64,000 nucleotides of DNA, taken from assembly GCA_963845755.1 (NCBI GenBank), contig CAWJTV010000014.1:27371-91370 (forward strand), written 5' to 3'. Shown piece after piece: positions 22,319 to 30,084 of this stretch; within the stretch, counting starts at the first letter, position 1; each line of letters begins with the position of its first letter. This DNA is from an uncultured Planctomycetota bacterium (GTDB lineage Bacteria > Planctomycetota > Planctomycetia > Isosphaerales > Isosphaeraceae). Both the position numbers and the translations under genes were made by a program. The notes beneath the pieces are model-generated. The model had not been told where the DNA came from, did not search any database, and saw only the letters and a program-made list of their open reading frames with translations.

Positions 22319-23172
22319 TTGTCAAACTCACGGATTTAATGGAACGCAGTCGCGGCAACGCGGGAACGACAGTCGGTCTCATTGATGGACCAGTCGCCGT
22401 GGACCATCCCGACCTCGCAGCGGCGATTGTCCGAGAGATCCCCGGGCGCCTGAGTGGACGCTGCGTCCGCTCCGACAGCGTCGCCTGCGGGCACGGGACC
22501 TTCGTGGCCGGGGTCTTATCTGGCAAGAGGGGGGCGCGGCGCCCGCCATCTGTCCCGGTTGCACCCTGCTGGTTCGCCCGATCTTTGCGGAGACCGGTTC
22601 CGGGGACGGGTCACTGCCCAATGCGACATCCCAGGAACTCGCGGCGGCGATCATCGACTGCGTCGAACGCGGGGGTCCATGTGGTCAACCTGAGCCTCGC
22701 CTTGGCCCGACCCTCGGCCCCGGGGATTCGGGAACTGGACGAGGCGATTGATTACGCCCTTCGTCGTGGTGTACTCGTCGTGGCGGCGGCGGGGAATCAG
22801 GGTGCCGTGGGCAGTTCGACCATCACGCGGCACCCGTGGGTGATCCCCGTGGCGGCTTGCGACCTCCGTGGGCGGCCGACTCCGGAATCGAACCTGGGGA
22901 GTTCCATCGGGACTCGCGGGCTGAGAGCACCGGGCGAGGACATTACCAGTCTCGGGGCGGCCGGTCCGCCGTTCCGATCAGGGGGGACCAGCGTCGCGGC
23001 AGCGTTCGTGACCGGTGCCGTCGCTCTCTTGTGGTCGGAATACCCCGCCGCAACCGCGGCCCAAATCAAGCTCGCCGTCACCGGGTCCGGGGCGCCCAGG
23101 CGGGCGACGGTCGTCCCGAGCCTTCTGAACGCCTGGGCGGCGTATCAAGCCATGTCGGAGCTTTCCCTCTAA
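22303..23172 (+). CDS. PatA/PatG-like subtilisin (S8) protease, stand-alone catalytic domain
   Basis: Triad motifs VGLIDGPV, CGHGTFVAG, GGTSVAAAFVTG and oxyanion AAAGN. The segment AICPGCTLLVRPIF...ELAAAIIDCV lies in a shifted frame between compensating indels near 22530 and 22666. No signal peptide. Confidence 0.85.
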   Translation: MCALDLVKLTDLMERSRGNAGTTVGLIDGPVAVDHPDLAAAIVREIPGRLSGRCVRSDSVACGHGTFVAGVLSGKRGARRPPSVPVAPCWFARSLRRPVPGTGHCPMRHPRNSRRRSSTASNAGVHVVNLSLALARPSAPGIRELDEAIDYALRRGVLVVAAAGNQGAVGSSTITRHPWVIPVAACDLRGRPTPESNLGSSIGTRGLRAPGEDITSLGAAGPPFRSGGTSVAAAFVTGAVALLWSEYPAATAAQIKLAVTGSGAPRRATVVPSLLNAWAAYQAMSELSL

Positions 23173-23187
23173 CGTAGGAGGACTGCG

Positions 23188-24138
23188 ATGGAGCAGACAG
23201 ATGTCGTTGGAGCAGGGCGCGATCATCCCATACACGATGGCGATGCGTCAGCACTTGGACCTGTCTTGCCCGCGGGCACCGGGGCAACGGCCGTCCCTCA
23301 GTCGGCGGGCGGCAAGTGCGGCTGCGGATGCACGGGGGGTGCCAAATCCGAGGGCGAAGCCGCGGTGAATTATTCTTTTGTCTATGCGTTGGGTCGGGTC
23401 GATCCGCGGTTCCCGTCACCGGGTGTGGAGAAGGAGTTCACTCAGGCCACAGGTCGGTCCGGGACAGCCGGACTGTCCGACCGCCAGGCTCTTCATGCGG
23501 TACTCTCAAAGCGGGAGAACCTCTACCTGGCCCGGCAACTCTGCTGGGTGCTCTCCATCGGGAGCGTGGAGACGTACATCCTCCGGCCGGGCCATCCGGG
23601 CGACTTCCACCTGTTGATCGAGGCGGTCCGCCCGTCGCCACGCCCCACCGACATTGACGTCGTCATCGGCGTGCGCGGGCCGATCGCCCCGCCACAGGCA
23701 TGCAACGGGCTGATGGTCCCTGTCGTCGCGTTCGACCAGATATACTCTTTCGACGTGGACTCTCTGATCGGGTCGATCCCCCCGCCGCAGGGACAAGACG
23801 CGCAGAAATTCCGGCCGATGGCGGAAGAGGTCTTCTGGAGGATCATGCAACTGGCCGACAACGCCGGCGCGATGGACGAACACCGCGCGCTGAATTACCT
23901 GGCCGTCCGCTACGACGCCATTTACGCCAAGGCAGCCGAGTACTATGGACAGAACTACGCCTTGACGGCCGTGGACGTGCTGCCGTCGCGCCTGAGCGGC
24001 ACGCGCAATCTGGTCAACGTGATCTTCTCATTCGCCAACCGCGCGACCGACTTCACCGAGAAGGTCTTCGTCCGGGTGGACGTGACAGAGCCGTTCCCGT
24101 TCTTGGTCACCAAGCTGTCTCCGTATTACGACCATTGA
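23188..24138 (+). CDS. Cyanobactin protease C-terminal DUF protein (PatG_D/PatG_C-like), no protease domain
   Basis: AGGAGG RBS; CGCGC, FVYALGRV, YLARQLCWVL, CNGLMVPVV, NAGAMDEHRALNYLAVRY, SRLSG, VRVDVTEPFPFLVTKLSPYYD match the PatA/PatG C-terminal DUF. Confidence 0.9.
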   Translation: MEQTDVVGAGRDHPIHDGDASALGPVLPAGTGATAVPQSAGGKCGCGCTGGAKSEGEAAVNYSFVYALGRVDPRFPSPGVEKEFTQATGRSGTAGLSDRQALHAVLSKRENLYLARQLCWVLSIGSVETYILRPGHPGDFHLLIEAVRPSPRPTDIDVVIGVRGPIAPPQACNGLMVPVVAFDQIYSFDVDSLIGSIPPPQGQDAQKFRPMAEEVFWRIMQLADNAGAMDEHRALNYLAVRYDAIYAKAAEYYGQNYALTAVDVLPSRLSGTRNLVNVIFSFANRATDFTEKVFVRVDVTEPFPFLVTKLSPYYDH

Positions 24139-24295
24139 ACGATCTCCCGTTTCGCATGGTTGCCCGTTCGCATCGGGACTTCTCGTTCGGGTTTCGGATC
24201 GAGGGCCAGGAAAACGTCGGGCGTCGGAACGAATACCCTTCCACGGGAACTTTGCGCCGAGCCTCAAGTTCCGCAATACTACTAAGGATTACGAG

Positions 24296-24523
24296 ATGAA
24301 CATGCCTGGGTTTTCTGCGGATGCATCGTTGTTCAGAGCACGCACGGACTTCCGTGCGAGCGACGCCATGCAGGGCGCGGGCGGCTCCCACCGCAGTTCC
24401 GACGCAGTGGTTCCGTCCTTCGGCATCAATCCGTTATGTCGTGCCTGGGAGGCGTGTTGTCTCCGCACAGGTAGTGCCTACTGCTGCAATCACTATTACG
24501 GCCTCTGCGTCAGCCCGGTTTGA
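24296..24523 (+). CDS. Putative precursor peptide 1 (75 aa; core with 6 Cys)
   Basis: AAGGA RBS; leader MNMPGFSADASL...DAVVPS followed by FGINPLCRAWEACCLRTGSAYCCNHYYGLCVSPV. Confidence 0.8.
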   Translation: MNMPGFSADASLFRARTDFRASDAMQGAGGSHRSSDAVVPSFGINPLCRAWEACCLRTGSAYCCNHYYGLCVSPV

Positions 24524-24571
24524 ACTTCCGTGAAACCGGACGCGGTCGGTCGGCCATTGGAGGTGAGTACC

Positions 24572-24787
24572 ATGAGACTGCCAGGGTTCACCGCGGTCAC
24601 AGCGCTCGAGAGGACCGGAACGTCTTACCGGGAGGAATTAAACCTCGTCCAAGCCGGGGGGGCCGTGCTGCCCGCCACCCTCCCTGGCTGCTACGCCCGT
24701 TGCCTGGCGTCTGCCGGAGACGATCCTTTCGCCAACTACAACTGCCGGTGCATCTGTTACGGGCCGCCCCACTGCCATCTCATGTGA
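24572..24787 (+). CDS. Putative precursor peptide 2 (71 aa; core with 6 Cys)
   Basis: GGAGGT RBS before ATG 24572; leader MRLPGFTAVTAL...GAVLPA followed by TLPGCYARCLASAGDDPFANYNCRCICYGPPHCHLM. Confidence 0.8.
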   Translation: MRLPGFTAVTALERTGTSYREELNLVQAGGAVLPATLPGCYARCLASAGDDPFANYNCRCICYGPPHCHLM

Positions 24788-24816
24788 GGGTCGGTGGGAG
24801 CAACGTCGGTTCATCG

Positions 24817-24847
24817 TGACTCCGACGCCGAGGGGGCGTCGGAGTCA
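24817..24847. other. 13-bp perfect hairpin between precursor genes 2 and 3
   Basis: TGACTCCGACGCC-gaggg-GGCGTCGGAGTCA; no U tract. Confidence 0.8.
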
Positions 24848-24886
24848 TCACACTGACAGATCATTGTGAGAAAAGGATCGTGAACG

Positions 24887-25150
24887 ATGAGAATGCCGGG
24901 ACTGACCGCACGGGCCTCGCTCGACACGCCAGGCGATCGCTACCAAAGCGGCGGGGGTCACAACCCCCTCTTACGAATCCTCGACCCGCATTCGATTCAG
25001 CCCGCATTCTCATGCGGCCCGTGTACATGCAACCGGTTTTGCAGTACACGACCTCCTTACGCTTGCTACTATACCAATTGTCAGCAGCTCTGTTTCGTCC
25101 CTCCCGCCAACCTCATTACCGTGCCTTGCTCGCCTCCCTGGATGCGGTGA
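24887..25150 (+). CDS. Putative precursor peptide 3 (87 aa; core with 8 Cys)
   Basis: AAAGGA RBS; leader MRMPGLTARASL...HSIQPA followed by FSCGPCTCNRFCSTRPPYACYYTNCQQLCFVPPANLITVPCSPPWMR. Confidence 0.8.
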   Translation: MRMPGLTARASLDTPGDRYQSGGGHNPLLRILDPHSIQPAFSCGPCTCNRFCSTRPPYACYYTNCQQLCFVPPANLITVPCSPPWMR

Positions 25151-25220
25151 AAGGAGGCGGAACGGAATGCCGCGACGTTAGTGCACAAACCCCGTCATCT
25201 GAACACGCTGTAGCATCGAC

Positions 25221-25350
25221 TCATGGTCCCAGATTGGTAATGCTCTCTGGTGGAGGGTGGGTGCAACCCACCATAACCCCAGACCGGATAGTGGGTTGCA
25301 CCCACCTTACAGATCGACTGAAAACGAGCCTCACCAATCTCGGCCCATGA
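25221..25350. repeat. REP doublet (REPIN-like) nested in 25-bp outer inverted repeats
   Basis: Inner GGGTGGGTGCAACCCAC...GTGGGTTGCACCCACCTTAC (25252-25310); outer arms 25221-25245 and 25326-25350 with 4 mismatches. Confidence 0.7.
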
Positions 25351-25715
25351 CCATGAGCCACCCCTTTTTCCCCCTCTCGCCACGGCCAACGGCAAGCCCT
25401 GGCCGCGACACTTCGGGAACATCCCGGCCGGTTGCCGTAATCCGAGCTCCCGGCCCTGTCCGCAGTCTCCCGACATAAATTTTTTTCGTTTTTTTTCATG
25501 TCGTGGTTGTGGCAAGAGTTGCGACGAAGAAAACGCCCAGCCACGCCGTAGGTGCATTAACGAAATCCCCAAGTTGAGGCATCCTGATAGATAGGTGACG
25601 TTGGGCGAAGCCATCCGCGACTTTCAGTCGGCCAAATGGCACCGCCCCCGTCCGAAGCCCAGTCCTCGCCATCGGAGTTCCCTCGGTCGATCCCTGTCAC
25701 TTCCTCGCTCTTCGA

Positions 25716-25903
25716 AATCGCGCGAACGAACCCACCAACCTCCCGATTGAAAAGCCGCGCCAACGAAGCCACGATTGTAGCGAATATATCGATTATGCGG
25801 GTCAGCCTCGACCTCGGCACCGGAATCGCGCGAACGAAGCCAAGTTGACGCGGCGGGAAGCCGCGAACGAAGCCACGATTGTAGGGAATATACCGATTGT
25901 GCC
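25716..25903. repeat. About 105-bp imperfect direct repeat built from AACGAA(G/C)CCA units
   Basis: Units at 25725, 25762, 25833 and 25866; AACGAAGCCACGATTGTAGnGAATATAnCGATTnTGC occurs twice. Confidence 0.75.
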
Positions 25904-26211
25904 GACTGAGCCGCCGGCGGACGCTGTCCCCTCGTCGACAAGGTTACGAGATCACGAGATCGCGATCAGGCCGGGAATTACGGTATCGCGGGTCAAGCCA
26001 ATCCTGCCGTTTGCCCAGGGCGATCCGAGCGGTCAACGGTACTCCATGCAGTTTGCACAGACCCTTGAGACGTCCAGCCCTGCCGGAAGTCCTCTCGAAG
26101 ATCGTGGTTGGGGATTCCCTCCCGGGGCGTTACAATGCGTCTCGATCCGGAAGCGATATCAAAACCAGGTCATGAGGACTCGCCCGGGGTCGTCAACGAA
26201 TGAGGTCAGGA

Positions 26212-26844
26212 ATGAGCGGCGAGGAAGACGGTTCGGTCACGTGCTGGCTTGGGAATCTCCGGGAAGGCGATCTCGCGGCGGCCCAGCCGCTGTGGGAGCG
26301 TTATTTTTCCCGGCTGGTCGTCGTGGCACGCGGGAAGTTGAAGCGCCTGCGGCGGACGACGGCCGGCGAGGATGAGGAAGACGCCGCACTCAGCGCGTTC
26401 AACAGCTTCTGCGACGGAGCGGCGCGAGGGCGGTTCCCCCAGTTGGCCGACCGCGATGACCTGTGGCGCTTGCTGGTCGTGATCACGGCGCGGAAGGCCA
26501 TGGCGCAGGCGCAACGAGAAGGGCGGAAGAAACGCGGGGGCGGTCGCGTCGTGGACGAGGCGGCCCTCTTCGGTCCGGGCGCCGGCGACGACGGGTCGAT
26601 GGCGGGCCTGGAGCGGATCGCCGGCGATGGGCCGACACCCGAGTTCGCCGCCATGATGGCCGAGGAGTGCCAGCGGCTTCTCGACTCGCTCGATGACGAT
26701 GCCCTCCGGCAGGTCGCCCTCAGCCGGATGGAGGGCTATACCAACGACGAGATCGCCGACCAGCTCGGCTGCGCCCGCCGGACGATCGCACGCCGTCTGG
26801 ACCTGATCCGCAAGACCTGGATGTCGGTCGTCGAGGTGAATTGA
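26212..26844 (+). CDS. ECF-type sigma factor (planctomycete kinase-associated type)
   Basis: GSVTCWL, AAQPLWERYF, DEEDAALSAF, DRDDLWRLLVVIT, EGYTNDEIADQLGCARRTIARRL. Confidence 0.9.
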   Translation: MSGEEDGSVTCWLGNLREGDLAAAQPLWERYFSRLVVVARGKLKRLRRTTAGEDEEDAALSAFNSFCDGAARGRFPQLADRDDLWRLLVVITARKAMAQAQREGRKKRGGGRVVDEAALFGPGAGDDGSMAGLERIAGDGPTPEFAAMMAEECQRLLDSLDDDALRQVALSRMEGYTNDEIADQLGCARRTIARRLDLIRKTWMSVVEVN

Positions 26845-28721
26845 TGTCCCCCGAGCGCCTGGAAGCGAATCCCGACGACTCGCTGGCCCGCGCCCGATCC
26901 GTCAACCGGGCCTGCGAGCAATTCGAAGCCGACTGGCGCGGCGGCGGCCGACCGCGGATCGCCGTCTTCCTCGAATCCTCGGCTCCGGCCGACCGCGACA
27001 CGATGTTCCACGAGCTGCTCGCGCTCGAGCTGGAGCTCCGGCGGGAACGGGGGGACAATCCCCCTCGGGACGAGTACGACGCGGAGTTTCCCGACCGGGC
27101 CGAGGTGGTCGCAACGGTCTTCTCCGAGCTCGAGAAGGAACGGGATCCTCAGGACGGGACGCGAGCAAATCCCCGGCCGGCGGACCGACCTCCCAACGGC
27201 TATGGTCATGAGTCGGGAGATACCACGGTCCCTTATGTTCAGCATGATGCGACGCCGGACAGCCGGCCTCAGCCGAGCATTGGCGGCTACGAGTTGATCG
27301 AGGAGATCGCTCGGGGTGGGATGGGGGTCGTCTATCGCGCCCGGCATCAGGGATTGAAGCGACTGGTCGCGCTCAAGATGATCAAGTCGGGCTCGATGGC
27401 CAGCTTCGAGGAGCGCGAGCGGTTCCTGCGGGAGGCCGAGCTGGCGGCGAACCTCGACCACGCGAACATCGTGCCGATCTACGAGGTCGGCGAACACGAC
27501 GACCGCCCGTACTTCAGCATGAAGCTGATCGAAGGGACGAGCCTGACAAAGCAAGCCAGCCGGTTCCGTGACGACCCCCGGGCCACGGCCTGGCTGGCCT
27601 TGACCTTGGCCCACGCGGTCGATTATGCCCATGGACGCGGGTTCCTTCACTGCGACCTGAAGCCATCCAATGTCCTGCTCGACGGCCGGGGGAAGCCGTA
27701 CTTGACCGACTTCGGCCTGGCCCGTCGGACCGGCGTGGACAGCTCGCTGTCGATCAGTGGGGCCATCCTGGGAACCCCGAGCTACATGGCTCCCGAACAG
27801 GCCACCGGCTCTCGCGCGCGGCTCGGGCCGGCCACCGACGTTTATGGCCTGGGCGCCATCCTCTACGAGGTCCTGACCGGCCGTCCTCCGTTTCGGGCCC
27901 CCACGATCATGGAGACCGTGGTTCAGGTCCTCGAGCGCGATCCCGCGGCTCCCCGCGTCCTGCGCCCGGAGATTCCTCGAGAGCTGGAAGCGATCTGCCT
28001 GAAGTGCCTGGAGAAAGCCCCCAAGGACCGTTATGCCTCGGCCAAGGCGCTCGCCGACGAGCTGGAGAACTACCTCCACGGTGATGGAATCGCCGCGACC
28101 GGGATCGTCTCGCGCTTCCGCCGCTGGAACCGTCGCGAGCCGGAGCTGGTCGCACGGTTGGGCGGGCTGGGTCTCATGGCCATCATCACTCAGATCAACT
28201 TCCACCTGTCTTCGCACCCCGACTGGCGACTGCACTGGACGATCGAGGTGGTCCTCGCGCTCTGGGCGATGCTCGCCCTGCTCTTCCAGGTGCTCATGCG
28301 CTCGGGATTCCGGTCGGATCGGGTCCGCGTCCTCTGGTCGGCCGCGGACATCATCTGCCTCACGATCGTGACCAAATTGCTCGAAAAGGTCGAGATCGGC
28401 CCGATCGACGGGGAGAGGTTGGTGCGGATCGAGACGACCCTTCTCGTGGGTTACCCGCTGTTGATCGCGGCTTCCGGGCTCTGGTGGCGAGTCCCTCTCG
28501 TCTGGATCACCACCGTGATGGCGACGGTGGCCTTCGGTTGGCTCTACCTCGATTCCGCCCTGTGGTGGCACGAAGGACAATTCTTCTGGCGTCCTAGCCC
28601 GGAGCTAGTCCACCCGAATATCTTCATCGCGGGGCTCGTATTGACCGGCTTCGTCGTCGTTAGACAGATCAAGCGGATCATGGCGCTGAGCCGTTACTAT
28701 GAGCATCGCCCCGATATCTGA
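26844..28721 (+). CDS. Ser/Thr protein kinase with C-terminal transmembrane helices
   Basis: ARGGMGVVY, VALKMI, HCDLKPSNVL, DFGLA, GTPSYMAPEQ, DVYGLG; start overlaps the ECF stop (TGATG). Confidence 0.92.
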   Translation: MSPERLEANPDDSLARARSVNRACEQFEADWRGGGRPRIAVFLESSAPADRDTMFHELLALELELRRERGDNPPRDEYDAEFPDRAEVVATVFSELEKERDPQDGTRANPRPADRPPNGYGHESGDTTVPYVQHDATPDSRPQPSIGGYELIEEIARGGMGVVYRARHQGLKRLVALKMIKSGSMASFEERERFLREAELAANLDHANIVPIYEVGEHDDRPYFSMKLIEGTSLTKQASRFRDDPRATAWLALTLAHAVDYAHGRGFLHCDLKPSNVLLDGRGKPYLTDFGLARRTGVDSSLSISGAILGTPSYMAPEQATGSRARLGPATDVYGLGAILYEVLTGRPPFRAPTIMETVVQVLERDPAAPRVLRPEIPRELEAICLKCLEKAPKDRYASAKALADELENYLHGDGIAATGIVSRFRRWNRREPELVARLGGLGLMAIITQINFHLSSHPDWRLHWTIEVVLALWAMLALLFQVLMRSGFRSDRVRVLWSAADIICLTIVTKLLEKVEIGPIDGERLVRIETTLLVGYPLLIAASGLWWRVPLVWITTVMATVAFGWLYLDSALWWHEGQFFWRPSPELVHPNIFIAGLVLTGFVVVRQIKRIMALSRYYEHRPDI

Positions 28722-28764
28722 ATCCTTGTTTCGTGCGGTAGACGACTCCCGGATTCGAGTCGAG

Positions 28765-30078
28765 TCATTGAACCCCGATCGCACCGATGAGCCGAGCATG
28801 GGCGACGCGATAAGCGATCTCCGCCTGGATCGATTCCAGTTCGGATTTGGCCGTCGCAGCCTTCGCCGTCGCGAGGCCGGCGGCGTCCTTGTGTCCGCGT
28901 TCCGCGTCCTTCCGAGCCTCTACCATTTCGTTGGCGAGACCGAACGCCTGCCGGGCCTGTTCATAACCGACGTAGGCTTGGACGGTTTCCAGACGCACCT
29001 TCTCGATGGTCGCCCGCACGTTCCAAGAGGCCTGGGCGATCTGCGTTTCCCGCTGGTCCTTCACGCGCCTCCGCTTGCCCCAATCGAAGAACGTATAGGA
29101 AGCCGAGACGCCGAAAGCCCCGAAGTTCGGCTGGATGTAACTGGCCGATGTCTGATTGAAATAGGATCCGAAGATGTTGACATCAGGAATAAAATCGGCC
29201 TTGGCGACCTTGAGGGCTGCCCGTGCTTTTTCAACCGTGGCCTCGGCTTCCTGCACCAGTGGATTGCACCTCAGCGCGAGCTCGACGGCCTCCTCCGCGT
29301 CGCTGACCGGAACGGCAGGCGGTAGGGGCTGGACGAGCTCGAAGCGGGTGGAGGAAGGCATACCGAGCAGGCTGTTGAGCTGTTCGGTCAGCTCGGTGAG
29401 CTGCGATCGCACCTGAAGCAAGGCTTGCTGAGCCTCGATCATGGCCACCCGGATCTCGGGGTTCGAGCTGGTCTGGACAAACCGCTGCGCGACTTGCACC
29501 TGGAGGGAGAGAGCCGCCTCGATGCGCTGGGCACCGTACATGGCGTGGAAGGCTTGCGCAACCCCGGATAGGAGATCTCTCGTCCCCTTGTCGAGCTGGG
29601 CCTGTGCGATCTGCGCATCGGCGCGGGCGAGCTGGACGGCCGCATTGACCGCGATGAGTTTCGTGATGGGCTGAGCCAGCGTGAGCATCGTCAGGGAACT
29701 GTCTTGATTCACGACCGTGGCTGCGATCGTCTGGCTCCCCGGCGGCAATAAGCCGAGCTGGCCGGTACGGAAGGTCGCGACTTTCCCCAGGTTGTCACTG
29801 AAATGGAAGTAGTAGAAGTTGCCGAGGAGCTTCGGGAAATAATCCCTTTTCGCGGCATCGATCGCGATCGACTTCTCCTCCACGCCCAGTCGCCCCAAGG
29901 TGAGGCCGGTATTGTTGGCCAGGGCAATCCGCTGAGCGTCTTCCAGGGCAATCCGCAAAGGAGCCGAACTTGGCGGAAGGGCGGTCGTCGGTATGCGAGC
30001 GTCTTGGGCCATGACCCAGACACCAAGCACCTGAAGACTGGTCAAGACGCCGAGAAACCACGCGCTCGATCGTGCCAC
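28765..30078 (-). CDS. TolC-family outer-membrane efflux protein
   Basis: Signal peptide, LEDAQRIALANN, AKRDYFPKL, LTLAQPI, AKADFIPDV, ASYTFFDWG. Confidence 0.8.
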   Translation of the reverse strand: MARSSAWFLGVLTSLQVLGVWVMAQDARIPTTALPPSSAPLRIALEDAQRIALANNTGLTLGRLGVEEKSIAIDAAKRDYFPKLLGNFYYFHFSDNLGKVATFRTGQLGLLPPGSQTIAATVVNQDSSLTMLTLAQPITKLIAVNAAVQLARADAQIAQAQLDKGTRDLLSGVAQAFHAMYGAQRIEAALSLQVQVAQRFVQTSSNPEIRVAMIEAQQALLQVRSQLTELTEQLNSLLGMPSSTRFELVQPLPPAVPVSDAEEAVELALRCNPLVQEAEATVEKARAALKVAKADFIPDVNIFGSYFNQTSASYIQPNFGAFGVSASYTFFDWGKRRRVKDQRETQIAQASWNVRATIEKVRLETVQAYVGYEQARQAFGLANEMVEARKDAERGHKDAAGLATAKAATAKSELESIQAEIAYRVAHARLIGAIGVQ

Positions 30079-30084
30079 CTTAGA

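Noticed and set aside
22303..25150. Canonical cyanobactin cluster
   Set aside because: No YcaO/PatD, PatF or oxidase; precursors lack the LAELSEE leader and AYDG follower; cores are far longer than cyanobactin cores.
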